This document shows positions 25,602-38,350 of a stretch of DNA of 64,000 bases, one piece after another (within the stretch, counting starts at the first letter, position 1; every line of letters begins with the position of its first letter). A program made the translations under genes and the position numbers. Origin of the DNA: Eledone cirrhosa (Eukaryota); assembly GCA_964016885.1 (NCBI GenBank), contig CAXHJY010000539.1:1-64000 (forward strand), read 5' to 3'. The notes under the pieces are model-generated. The model was not told the origin of the DNA, did no database searches, and was given only the letters and a program-made list of their open reading frames with translations.

Positions 25602-26402
25602 TACAATATCTTTCGAGATATAAGACGCACCGGTGCATAGAGCTTCGGAAATAAAAAAGAAAAGTAGCATTTAAGATTTTTTATTTCACTTAAAAAACTT
25701 TTGGGTAAAAAAGTATGTACGTAGTATGTGTGTGTGGACACACACACACACACAAGCGCGCACGCGTACGCACGATTTAATTTTGTTGTTGAATATATTT
25801 GTTTTGTTTTTTTCTTTCTGTTTCTCGTTCGTTCTGTCTTTCTATGGTGATAATTAAACTATTTAGGAGGAACGGAAGCTATCTGGTGACTAAACACATC
25901 GCTATTTCGGATGGCAAACAACAACAGTAACAACAAAAATATATTTCTTTTTCTTTCCTATTAGCTAAAGGTGTGTGTGTGTATTGTATTGTAGTGTGTT
26001 TGTGCGTGTGTATTGTAGTGTGTTTGTGCTGGGTGGTGGTGGTGGTACATGCAATCAGAAGTTCATTGCAGTTCCCTTTCTATATTTTCCTGTATCTCTC
26101 TCTCTTTCTTTCTCTTACCTTGCTTGCTATCCACTCTCTTTCCCCGCCCATCTCTACCACCACCTCGCTATAACTAACACTTATATACTATCACTGTCAT
26201 TGCGATCGCCTCCATAACCACCACCAGTACCACATTCCACTACTACCACTATTACCTACCTACAAACACCAGCCCGTCGCCATCATCACCACCACCAGCA
26301 ATACTTACAGTACGGAACAACGACTTAGCCTCTATATGGTCACTTGACCTGCTAGAAATAGCAGTCCAATCTCCCCCAAATTATACCTTATCTTGTTTAT
26401 AA

Positions 26403-26584
26403 TAATTGTTTCTACTTTTGGGACAAGGCTACCAGTGTATTACTGATGCTTTATTTTATCGACCCCGTAAGGATGAAAGGCAAAGTTAACCTCGGTGGGA
26501 TTTGAACTGAGGACTGTAAAGGGGCATAACTCTATCCTGCAAAGCATGGTGTCTAATCTTCTACCGATACTGCCAATCTACCGC
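26403..26584 (-). mobile_element. Meta-domain-like SINE
   Basis: Family match. Confidence 0.85.
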
Positions 26585-26632
26585 GATTACCTTCATAATT
26601 ATAATTAAACAGGAGGGGCATGACATATTTAA

Positions 26633-26817
26633 TAATTGTTTCTACTTTAGGCACAAGGCTAGCAAATACCCAGTACATTACTGGTACTTTATTTTATCGA
26701 CCCCGTAAGGATGAAAGGCAAAGTTAACCGCGGCGGGATATGAATTCAGAATGGAAAGGTACGTAACTATGTTAGAAAGCATGGCGTCCAACCCTCTACC
26801 GATACTGCCAATTCACC
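26633..26817 (-). mobile_element. Meta-domain-like SINE
   Basis: Family match. Confidence 0.85.
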
Positions 26818-27700
26818 TATTTAATAATGAATATCGAAAAGATGACAGCCTGGTCACGGTTGGAACGCCTCTGATCATAGGTCTGTTCGATCGGGACTAG
26901 CATGGAGTTAAACTACACTTACTCCAATGACACCACCATCACTACCACTTACGTTATACAGTAGTTAATGTGAGTGATTGGTTCATGGTAGATCCATGTG
27001 GTTTGTTAAGTTACCTCCTTCCCCTCCTCCTCCGCTATCAACAGAAATATATATAAACAAAATAACAAATAGTAAAACAAAAAAGCCAACTTCAAGCTGG
27101 AATGTTAAACGAATAAACAACAACTACTACTATTACTGCTGCTACTATTACTACCAATACTGCTGCTGCTACTTTAGAAAGTACCTTTCTCAACATTGTT
27201 TCACTTTCTCGCAGCACTAGGTCCTGTAATCTTCCCTATTATATATTAAATACTTCCGCAATTGTTTTTTTTCTTTACTTTTAATTGCTCTGCTCGTCTT
27301 TCGACTACTCCTCAATTCATACATCACCTTAGTACAAGTGTCTCTACGCAGTCGCTCGATCTAGAAATAACAAAAAATACCGTTCAAATCTCACCCTATC
27401 GCCTTTAAAAAAACGGTCTAACTCTTACAAGACGAAGTGGTGCTCGTCATTAGAATGCTTCTGGTCAGGATTTATCTAGGGTTAAACAACAGTATCCTTA
27501 AATTGGCGTAAGTCAAATACTGGGTAACAACACTGAAAGTTCCCAAATTTTTTCCATTTTGTTTAATTTGTGGCAACTCTTCTGAAGTAAAGTTACACTC
27601 ACTCTGTTTTGTTCAGTAATTTTGACAAAAGGGATATTTTTAAATGCTGTTTTTAATAAGTTCGAATAAGAATAGCACACATTATTTCGCTTTACGTCCA

Positions 27701-27825
27701 TTTACGGTCTGAGTTCAAATCCCGCCGAGGTTAACTTTGCCTTTCATCTTTACGGGGTCGATAAAATAAAGTACCAGTAATGTACTAGGTAATTGCAGGC
27801 CTTGTGCCAAAAGTAGAAACAATTA
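27701..27825 (+). mobile_element. 5'-truncated Meta-domain-like SINE
   Basis: Family match; ATTATTTCGCTT(T)ACGT on both sides resembles a TSD. Confidence 0.8.
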
Positions 27826-29396
27826 TTTCGCTTACGTTTACGTACTAATATGGTACTATGATCAAATACAGTCAGTCAATGAGACTCATACAACTTAATC
27901 CCAAAAGGATACAAAGAAAATAAATTTTAATAAACAAAAATAAGACCTACTTTGAATTTTTATTTAAACTTTTGATAGTTTTTAATTATGAATCTTGAAA
28001 AATGTGTACATTTACCCCACGTTGACATCTGACTATTCTACGCAGCCTACTGTATCTGCTAGAAATAGCAGTCAAAATATCTCATGCCCTACCATTTTAA
28101 AAAACGAAATGGAAACATTTAGTCATGGACACTCCTAAAATGATTTGATGACCACATGGGTGAAATGTTTTTCATCTTAAGTCTATTCAATAGATGTTGA
28201 CCTAGGGCTAAATAACATCGTAATTTGTACAATATTCACACAAGTGCAGTAAGTAGCATGTCAATGTTTAACTGTTGGTATTTTATCACGTTCTCTTGCT
28301 TTTCTTACTGGGGCACTACTACCCTGCTAAAGGGTCATTTCAGTTAGCTATATTTTTATTTTGGATCTTAGTATTCTATTATTTTTCCATTCAAATACAG
28401 GATGGATTATAGGAATAATCATATCGACCTCAGTACTTAACTGGTACTCCATTTAATAATTCCTGAAGGGTTGAAAGGCAAAGTTGATTTCGACAAGAAT
28501 TGAATAGAACGCAAAACAATTGATTTTGCGAATCAACCGTCGTGTACGCGCGCGCGTACACATACATACATTTAAAGGCATTGTCGAATGGCTAAGAAGT
28601 ACTAATTTAATGATGTGCAGCCTTGCCTTAGGCGTGTATTCCATCATGGTTACGGATATTTTCGGTGTTTTAATCGTGTCTTCTGGCAATAGGTTTTACA
28701 TTTAAGATATCAAAAAAGTTACTATTTTCCAGTATGCACCATCTTCTAAAAGTCCTTGACAAAAAGCTAATACAGAAGACTAATTAAGAAACAGTTGGAA
28801 TCACTTGACTGACTATAGGGTATATTTTAAGGAAGTTTCAAAACTACACAAATCTATGAGGCAAGCGCCATGGCCATGTGTTTGATATTCTGAGTCTGAG
28901 AAGCACTTGAAATAGCTAATTTTAACATTTTGTGAGTCTTTTAACCATAATTTTCCGATGTAAACGCATGTAGTATTTGACACAATGTGTAATTTTACTG
29001 TACAAAATTAGATTTAAAACTACATAAGCAAGGGATCAACTGCGCGTTCAAACAATCACTGATGTCCTTATAGCGAAACGCATGCACTTTCCTAGTAAAG
29101 CTGAACTCATTAGTGATATAGTTCTATGGATACCACGACGGGTCCACTGGCCAGCTCTATTCGAACACAGGGAGGGTATCACCCATGACTTTTCAGGGCA
29201 TCAGAAGTTGGTGGGAAGAAAGGTATGTGTCAGACTAGAAACTTGGCCCAAATGTTTGTAACAGCGTGGACTTTGTTATAAAAAATGTCTCTTCTTGCCA
29301 GGATCTGAAGTATAGATATTAAGAAGTGCCAAATGTCTGAAATAACCAAGTCATAATATATCGCACATGTATCTAAATGACGTATTTTGCCTATAA

Positions 29397-29589
29397 CAGA
29401 CCTGTCAACTCTCTCCGTCGGATGGGGAGATCTCCCACCCACTTTGGGGGTGGGTAAGAGATGTCTTCTCTTGTGAAGATAGGTATAGCTTTCATTATGC
29501 AAAATCTCTGGATTTTGCCTCATTTCCCGTTTGGGGCACTTTTTTTTCATGGCACTCCTCATTTGGATTTTTAGAGGTTAGCAGGTCTG
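29397..29589. mobile_element. Possible hAT-like MITE
   Basis: Imperfect TIRs CAGACCTGTCAACTCTC / GAGGTTAGCAGGTCTG; no clear TSD. Confidence 0.4.
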
Positions 29590-30293
29590 CATTTGTAGCA
29601 GGTGGTCGATGGGCCGACGCCCTTACTGTCACTAATCAATCATCATCATCATCATCAGGTCGAGCTTGCTCGGCTTTCTACGACACGTTTCCTCCATCCA
29701 TCTCTCTCTCATAGCGTTTGCCAGCTCTTCCGCAGCGCATCCAGTATCGTCCTCAAGTTGCTTGATGTATGTCTTCTAAGTATGGTGTATGCCGCTTAAG
29801 TTTGTCAAACCACTCACTATACAGCAGCATTGTTTTACAGATGACATAAATAACTGTCACAGCAAGTTTATAAAAGCTATTGATATGACATTTGCAGCAG
29901 CTGGTATACACACGACGGGTTTCCTTATCGTTTCCATCTACCAAATTCGCTTAAAAAGCATTGATCAGCCCGTAGCTATAATAGAAGAAACCTACTTGCC
30001 TAGTGGGACAGCAGCAGAAACTACGTTTAGGGGTCAGTGTTGTAGTTTGGTTTAGGATTACGGTTGGGGTTGCAAGCAAGTGTTTGGGTTAAGAATGGTA
30101 GTCTCCTGTTTCAAATGTAGGAATCAGAATGAATTTCAGAAAATAGTATAGAAACAAAAATGTCATGGGACTTGAAAAATTGAACTTCTTTTATTGGTTT
30201 CAGTCGTTAGGCTTCGTTCATGCTGGGCCTTCGCCTTCAAAGGATTTAGTCATCATATCAATCCTGGTACATATTTTTCAAATCTGATGCTTA

Positions 30294-30483
30294 CGAGAGT
30301 CAACTCAAAAGTTCATAGTCTGACCAAGATACTCTCATGGAATGACCGAATGAGGTTTATTTTTCAACATAGTCACTGGAAAGAATGCAGTTATTAATAC
30401 AAAGACCTGAAATCAATGCAAGATTTCATAGCACTGGCATCGCTCCTTCATAGTCAGCCTATGAACTTTTTAGCCGACCCTCG
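30294..30483. mobile_element. Mariner-type MITE
   Basis: TA|CGAGAGTCAACTCAAAAGTTCATAGTCTGAC ... GTCAGCCTATGAACTTTTTAGCCGACCCTCG|TA. Confidence 0.7.
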
Positions 30484-30592
30484 TATGTTATTGATATCTG
30501 TCAAATTTCTGTTAGCATAGTTTCCGTCTACCAAATTTCACTCACAAGCCTACGATTTTGGCTGACCCTCTATTAACTAATTACCTTTTTAA

Positions 30593-31131
30593 GGCATACG
30601 TTAAGACGGGCGTCCCGGAAAGTGAAAGTAAATTTATTTTCATTTTCGAATGTCGTGTTTACATTTTGTGTATGTGTTTAGATCTAAATTAGTGTCGTTT
30701 TAACTGATTATATATATATGTATATGTGTGTGTGTGTGTAGTTGACGGTTGAGAGAAGAGTACTCAATACCGAAGTAATTTTGTAATGAGGCTTGCACAT
30801 GCTGGCGACGAAGCTTCTTCTTTGCACGGCTCCATGTGTTCTTTATGAGCTGTGTGTGCACATCAAGGTCCGCAGGATCTACAAAGTTCCGTTCGTGCAC
30901 CACAACATCATGAACGTAAATCCCACCTTCAATTTCCAAATAGGAAGCCCAACCATCGGAGATGATGCGGCTGCCTGGCAAAATCCCTGCTGAATGATGG
31001 GGACGAGAGTGTCAGAGCTTCGATTTGGGACTTCTACAAGGCAGCAGCGTCTAGAATGGCGGACTCACCATTCTGCAAGCCTCATTACAAGATTACTTCG
31101 GTATTGAGTACTCTTCTCTCAACCGTCAACT

Positions 31132-31162
<31 letters not shown>

Positions 31163-31288
31163 TATATATATAATCAGTTAAAACGACACTAATTTAGATC
31201 TAAACACACACACAAAATGTAAACACGACGTTCGAAAATGAAAATAAATTTACTTTCACTTTCCGGGACGCCCGTCTTAACGTATGCC
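30593..31288 (-). mobile_element. Merlin (IS1595/ISXO2-like) non-autonomous DNA transposon
   Basis: ~205-bp TIRs (30593-30797, 31074-31288) starting GG; 9-bp TSD CCTTTTTAA; internal peptide PGSRIISDGWASY..H..VVHERNFVDP..HTQLIKNTWSRAK. Confidence 0.9.
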
Positions 31289-32270
31289 CCTTTTTAAATA
31301 AATGGTTCTAATTACTTTTTCCAATTTTGTTATTTGTAAATACATGTTGTACACTGCATGTATATCTATATATCCACAACGCATACGTAAATTATTTGTA
31401 TTTAGTTGATTATTAAAAGATGTAATGAACAGTTTCAAACGAAGCCTAGATTTCACATTTTGTTAGGGACTAACGGGACGATAGTGTTGAAGATTTACTT
31501 TAGTTTCATATTATAAGCACACACACACATACAACATAATAAATTATGTAATTGTAAATCTTCTTTGTTGAAAACACATTTTAGTTTCGTTATATTAATT
31601 AAAAAAAAAAAAAAAATCACAAACAAATCCACGTCAAATAACAACACTACAGATATTTAAAAACAGAAAATGAAAGAAAATGCAAGTACTGTAGGGTTAT
31701 AGAAGAATGGGAGAGTGATGGGCCTAGGGCGCGATGGTGTTGGGGCTGCGTTCGCGGAACAAAAAATGTGCCAGAAAACAAAAACAAAACTCGCACGCTT
31801 CCCCAATTACACACTGCAACAGGAAATGCTGGTGTTGCCCTCTAAAGATGTTCGGCCTTAGGACGAGCTTTGTCAAGGCCTGTATAATGTGGCATTGGCA
31901 ACTTCTGTAGAGTAGTATGTGTGTCTAAGTGCGTTTGCGTATACTGAATAGAAATAAGCCACCCGAGCATTTGGAATGCTATGTACTTTTCCCCTAATCT
32001 GGGGTAAATATCTTGTCCAAGGTCGCGCACGGGTACGTGTATATATGTGTGTGTGTGTGTATGTATTTACGTATGTATATAATATATACATATACATGTA
32101 TGTATGTGTGTATATAAATCCTTCCCGTCTCAGTATGTACAAGTGTATAAGTAGATGAAACGTTACAATATGAGCATGAGCCAGAGTAAAATAAGCAACA
32201 CAGGTGTTGGCCTTATATATGCACTTTACTCATTGAATGTGAGCGCGCGATTCTGTCTGGGTTTACATGC

Positions 32271-32307
<37 letters not shown>

Positions 32308-32353
32308 AAAGTAAATAAATAAATGTAAGTATGCACCACACACACACACAGAC

Positions 32354-32643
32354 ATATTATTCAAAATGTTAACAAATGAAAAATATTCGCATAATCAAAA
32401 TATATATTTTATTATATATATTTCAAAGGTACTGTGCTGCTTTTTTTCAGAACGTCCTCATCAGACAAAATATATGATTTGATATATGACATAGAGCTAC
32501 GGTCTTGATTATTCAATTCCCGTATTGGCAGTATTGAAAAGAAAAACAGCACAGTACCTTTGAAATATATATAATAAAGTATATATTTTGAATATATACT
32601 TTATATGCGAATATTTTTCATTTGTTAACATTTTGAATAATAT
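32354..32643. repeat. AT-rich inverted repeat (~95-bp arms)
   Basis: 32354-32447 is the reverse complement of 32543-32643. Confidence 0.8.
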
Positions 32644-32735
32644 TAAAAAATCCAGGAAAACTTTTTTGTTAAGTGCTTCTAATCTATTGTAAAACTGTAT
32701 TCGTTGCGTAATCAACGAACCATATTAATCTTTGG

Positions 32736-32781
<46 letters not shown>

Positions 32782-32976
32782 AGAAATTAAAAGATGGTTA
32801 AAAAAGTTCCATATATTTTATTATGCGCATTTCGAAAACATCATCCTGGGACAAAAATTGTGTTCTCATCATATATATATATATATCCAGGGAGTGTAAC
32901 TTGGAGTTACTGTAGGTTCACCCGGGTGAGCACTCGATGTTTAGGTTCACTTCAGAGTGTATTATAGTGAAATAAG

Positions 32977-33166
32977 GGCCGTGGATTGGCAGTATCGGTA
33001 GAGGGTCGGACGCCATGCTTTGACGCATAGAGTTACGGCCCTTGCCATTATGAGTTCAAATCCCGCCGAGGTTAACTTTGCCTTTCATCCTTACGGGGTC
33101 GATAAAATAAAAAAAGTACCAGTAATGCACTGGGTAATTGGTGGCTTTGTGCCTAACGTAGAAACA
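32977..33166 (+). mobile_element. Meta-domain-like SINE with 16-bp TSD
   Basis: ATTATAGTGAAATAAG at 32961-32976 and 33167-33182. Confidence 0.92.
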
Positions 33167-33608
33167 ATTATAGTGAAATAAGATAACTAGCTTAGCAAAA
33201 TGAACGTTAAACAGTGGTGATGATATATAAACTCAATCTGACAAAAGACTAAGGTTAACGACATAAATTCATTCTCTAATTTCTACGTCCGTTTCAATAC
33301 AGTAGTTACAATGGTACATGTATATGTAAACAACTGGAAACAATTAATTATCAATTATTAATACCATACATAATATAGCTATAACTGCATTTCTTTATGA
33401 AAATTTGAGAAAGAACAAAGTTTACCAAGTTCAAATAATATTAAAAATGGACTTCATATCAAACACTGAGTGCATATGAAATGATCAAATCGCTACCACT
33501 TTTCTCTTTTGAAAATAAAACTTACACTCTGTGTACATGTATTGAGTGCTCATTTAGTTTAGCATTTGAATGTTTTAAGTACAATTGTATTTTAAACACA
33601 CTCTAATA

Positions 33609-33724
33609 TATGAACATTTGTTTTGTAAGTCGATATGTATGTTGTAGATCTTACCATTCCAAAACGGGATCATTAACAGTTGTATGTGTATATATATATG
33701 TATGTGTATATGTATGTATGTATG

Positions 33725-33799
<75 letters not shown>

Positions 33800-33839
33800 A
33801 TATATATATATGTATGTGTATATATATATATGTATGTGT

Positions 33840-33879
<40 letters not shown>

Positions 33880-33970
33880 GTTAATGATCCTGTTTGGAAG
33901 GGAAAGAACCACATCGACACATACATACACACGCACATATACATATCGAGTTACAAAACAAATACTCATA
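33609..33970. repeat. Imperfect inverted repeat enclosing a ~190-bp TA array
   Basis: 33609-33679 vs 33879-33970. Confidence 0.7.
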
Positions 33971-34569
33971 CCTTTAACTGTTCTCTACCTGCCATGTCTC
34001 TCAACCAACATGATAGATAGCTAAGCTAGCGCTAACACTGCCTCTCAATGAAACAACCATACTCATTTACCTGTCCCTACTTATTCATTCAACTGAATTA
34101 GAGAAAAGAATACAATACTTCACTTATACTCACTGCAATTTGATTCTCGTGAGAAATAACAGGGTTTATATTGTGGTTCTTTGTTTAATTATTGTTTTAC
34201 TCCCAAGTGTTTTCCTTTGCGCGCGTGCGCGTCCGTGTTTGTATGTGTTTATTATATGTTATATATACAGTATGTACTCGAATATAAATCGACCCATCTT
34301 TTATGTTTGAGAAATGGTAAAAAATCCAAATCATGTGCATAAGTCGAGGCAACTAATCAACACATTATGTTTAGATGATGCAGTTTTGAAATTCCCAGGA
34401 GTGGAGAATATATTTATGAAATTTTGATATTTAAAATGTTTTACGTGTCGTTTTGAGAATAGTTTTTGTTTTGTTAACAATTTTTTACCATTTCATGACA
34501 TATACTTCCTCTGCTGGTAATAAAAGGTTTCTCTCACAAAAAGAAGAGTACACTGTTTGGTTCCTGTGT

Positions 34570-35000
34570 ATGGATTATGATGATGTATGGTTGTCAGAGA
34601 TTAGGTCTTGAAGAATGCAACAGATTTATGAAGTGAACATGCTCTGCTGGGTGTATAATGTTAGTGAACATGAATAAGAACGTAATCAATTGAGAGAAAA
34701 AATTTTGGATATAACTTATATCCAATTTTTTCTCTCAATTCATTACGTTTATATTATAAGAGGAATAAGATGTAGTATGTAAGAGAGAAGACTGCACTGG
34801 TATGGGCATGTGATGACAGCTGTATAAGATGTACAGAGCATGCAAAGTGATGACACCTGTGGAAGGGATAGATCCAAGAAAGCATGGAATGAAGGTTGAA
34901 GCCTGGCTTCAAGATGCTGAACTTCATAGAAAAGTTGATAGAGGCCAGTGATGATTGGCAGCTCATGGTGCTCAGAGAAAGCCCACCTGTGCAAGCAATT
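34570..35000 (+). mobile_element. Old decayed RTE fragment containing a fold-back hairpin
   Basis: Degenerate AGAAGACTGCACTGGTATGGGCATGTGATG (RRLHWYGHVM). Confidence 0.65.
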
Positions 35001-35733
35001 ATCTATAACCAATATGTCTCTAAATCTCAATTTGCTGTACTACCACCATTTTTGATACCTTCACTGCTCCTTGTCACTCATCTTCCTATTACACCCTCCT
35101 TCCTTTTCACTGTCACTCACTCCCAACATGTAGATATCATTTCTGTCTCTCATCATACTCATGCCTCCTTCCTCTACACCCTATCACTTACTTTCTCTCT
35201 TCTATTATGGAACCTCCAGCTTGTTCTCTTTCCCCTTCTCTTCTACCAGTATTTTTTCCATTGTTTCTTCTGCCATCATCATGCTCCAAGCACTGTTTCA
35301 TCACCTCACTGTAATTCTTTTATTGTTCTTGTCCCATCTCTCCCCACTTTGGTCACTGACCCTTGAATGAATGGAAATAATGTAGAATAGTGAATACTTA
35401 TTCTTTAGTCTTGTGTGATATATTGCAACATCACTAGTGCCAGTGCCAGTGCCGCAATAAAATGCACTCAGTACACTCTGTAAATTTGTGTTCGAAAGAG
35501 CACCCATCTGTAGAAACCATGTAAAGAAATGGAGCCTATGAGCAAGCCATGGTCCTCTAATCTGTATAGGAGGGATGTGACTCCGATTTGGAACTGATTT
35601 GGACTGTAACAGCCCATCCGATTTAGCATGGAAAACTAACATTAAAATGCTGATGACGATATATAAACAAATATATCTAAAACTTTGTCTATATTTATCT
35701 ACTTGTCTGTCTGTTTGATGATATATATATATA

Positions 35734-35935
35734 GGAAAATAGTCAGGAGCCTGACGGCTGACCTCTGACCGTTTCGACAACTAGATCCAAAGTGAGTTCT
35801 GATCTAGCTGTCGAAACGGCCGGAGCTCAGCCGTCGGGGTCCTGACTCTTTTCCTATTAACCACTCTACTACCCTAAGTATCGAGTACTCTGGTGCGTTA
35901 TGGTCCAGCTGGTATCTTACCACATCTTCTTTGTT
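35734..35935 (-). mobile_element. ~200-bp unclassified element inserted in TA, with a ~57-bp-arm terminal hairpin
   Basis: Arms 35731-35787 / 35801-35857; homologous copies at 53205-53318 and 12849-12893. Confidence 0.7.
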
Positions 35936-36049
35936 ATATATATAGATACTGATATGAATATGTATGCATGCATTAAATATTATTTATGCATACATATTTG
36001 TTTGTATACAAACACACAAATGTTTGTGTGTATCTATGTATCTATCTCT

Positions 36050-36097
<48 letters not shown>

Positions 36098-36785
36098 AAA
36101 ATTAAGATAAATCAAATGAATTTAATCTAAATCAAAATTATGGGTGTCATGCCAGAAAGACATGCGCCATATCACCCGCGAAATAAGCTCTAAGATTCTA
36201 ACGAGTAGGTCCGAGTATTTTATAATAACTAGAGATTGATTAACATATAAATAAACATGAATAATCACAGGAGATAATTTTTACAAGTGTGTAACCACAC
36301 ATAGCTAGGTAGGTAACTAAATAAAGTTGACCAGAACTTCAAAAATAGATACCTTATGATATGATTAATCTTCCCTGTATATATTCCATTAAAGAAATAT
36401 ATTTCACCAATTTATCAGATGGTAAACCACAGAAGTGGAGACTTAGATTTTCAACAAGGAAGAAGTTCCAGCAATCCATGTTTACACTTCAAGTTCAAAT
36501 CAGCGACTGGCCAGCACGTGTTGTATTTACTAGAAATACACACATCATACTAGCTTCGTCCCAGTGGCGTGAATAGGGTTATCGACAACTAGAAACGGCA
36601 GTCGAGTCCTTTCAACAGAGTTAGCTCTACAATTAAGGAGCCGTATTTATATATCTATATCCAAAATTAAGATAAATCAAATGAATTTAATCTAAATCAA
36701 ATATATATATTTCGTCACTATATATATATATATATATATAGTGACGAAACATAAGTCAATTGCATGAACTCATAATCCTTTATTT

Positions 36786-36841
36786 ACTGCTATATATATT
36801 TCGATGATAGCCATTGAATGGCTATGACCTTATCAGGCAGT
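36786..36841 (-). ncRNA. Penelope-type minimal type I hammerhead ribozyme, probably inactivated (CUGAUAA core)
   Basis: Minus strand: ACUGC CUGAUAA GGUC AUAGCCAUU C AAUGGCUAU CAUC GAAA UAUAUA UA GCAGU, followed by AAUAAA. Confidence 0.6.
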
Positions 36842-36924
36842 TAGTCAGTTCTTAGATATGCCAGCTCTGTGTTTATAGTGTTGATGGTATCAGAGCCTTG
36901 GGACATATATTATATATATATGCC

Positions 36925-36982
<58 letters not shown>

Positions 36983-37012
36983 GGCACACACCTCTCTCTG
37001 TATATATATATA

Positions 37013-37050
<38 letters not shown>

Positions 37051-37051
37051 A

Positions 37052-37126
<75 letters not shown>

Positions 37127-37156
37127 ATGTGTGTCTATATATATATATATATATAA

Positions 37157-37187
<31 letters not shown>

Positions 37188-37395
37188 TATCCTTCTATGT
37201 TGTTTACTTGTCCCTCTCGCCTTACGCGAATTCTGGTCCCAATAACTTTTTTTAGTTATTGCTCGCACCAACCTGAGGTATCTGATTTTTAATGCGATGA
37301 AATACCAATGATGGTTGAAAATCACTGACGAAGGACTACTTTTATCATATGTAACCCATGTGCAAACCACGCAGTATTTTTCTTTCTTCTCATGT

Positions 37396-37426
<31 letters not shown>

Positions 37427-37531
37427 ATGTGTGTGTGTGTGTGTATGTATATAATGTGTGTGTGTGTGTATGTATATAATGTGTGTGTGTGTATATATAT
37501 ATAATGTGTGTATATATATATAAATATATAT

Positions 37532-38312
37532 AGTGGTGGAGGGTGCTCTGAAAGTACAGTAGCTAGAGTCAGAACTGGATGGATACCACTATTAGCCGCT
37601 AAAGGGTTCTCCCTAAAAATGAAAAGCAGGTTGTATGATGCCTGCATACGAACAGCAATGTTGCATGGCAGTGAGACCTGGGCATTGTGTGCGGAGGATA
37701 TACGCAGACTAGAGAGGAACGAAGCTTGCATGCTCCGCTGGATATGTAATAGTAATATACGTGAACGGCAAAGCATAAACGAACTAAGGAAAAAATTAGA
37801 AATAAGAGGGATCAGATGTTGTTTACTCGAGAGAAGGCTACGTTGGTATGGTCACGTGATGCGCATGAAAGACGACAGCTGTATAACAAAGTGCAGGGCA
37901 ATAAAGATAGATGGTAGAAACGGAGTAGGCAGACCCAGAAAAACCTGGGACGAGCTGATAAATTCCGACCTCACACACTTACACCTCTCCAAGACAATGT
38001 CACTGGACCGAGACCTTTGGCGGTACTCAGTAACAGAGAAGACCCGCCTTACCTAAATACAAAGTAAAACCTACTACAGTCAGTAGGCATCTCTAACAAA
38101 ATACACCCCCGTCCCACCACCCCCACCCCATCCACACAGCCCCTTTCAATGCAAAGTTATGTTGGTGCCACAGCATCCAGGCCAAAACAAATGAGATCGT
38201 GTAGGTGTCACGACAAAAAACACACAGTCCACGCTGTAATGTGGCCGTGTAGGCAACACGGTAAAAACCTCCCAGTCCCACACTGTAAATGTGGTTGGTG
38301 TTAGGAAGGGCA
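37532..38312 (+). mobile_element. RTE LINE fragment (subfamily A, copy 4), truncated at both ends in TA arrays
   Basis: ORF 37508..38056 matches the RT C-terminus (18-bp in-frame deletion of KKFREL) plus partial 3' UTR. Confidence 0.92.
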
Positions 38313-38350
38313 TATATATATATACACACACGACGCATCTAATGTTTTAT

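Larger units (their letters stand above)
23445..28220. repeat. Cluster of ~10 partial or complete copies of a ~200-bp interspersed repeat (GCTAGAAATAGC...GGGCTAAACAACAAC)
   Basis: Motifs recur at ~23478, 23853, 24067, 24612, 25175(-), 25352(-), 26351, 27361, 28058; also ~50940 and 61233. Confidence 0.7.

Noticed and set aside
25745-25975. Possible promoter or first exon (CpG cluster, AG|GTGTGT); similar CpG patch at 31720-31800
   Set aside because: Suggestive only; no ORF or second line of evidence
35800-35845. Hammerhead ribozyme in the hairpin element
   Set aside because: Stem III-like part only; no CUGANGA box or stem I partner
37325-37345. CTGACGAAGG hammerhead start
   Set aside because: No downstream GAAA or stem II closure
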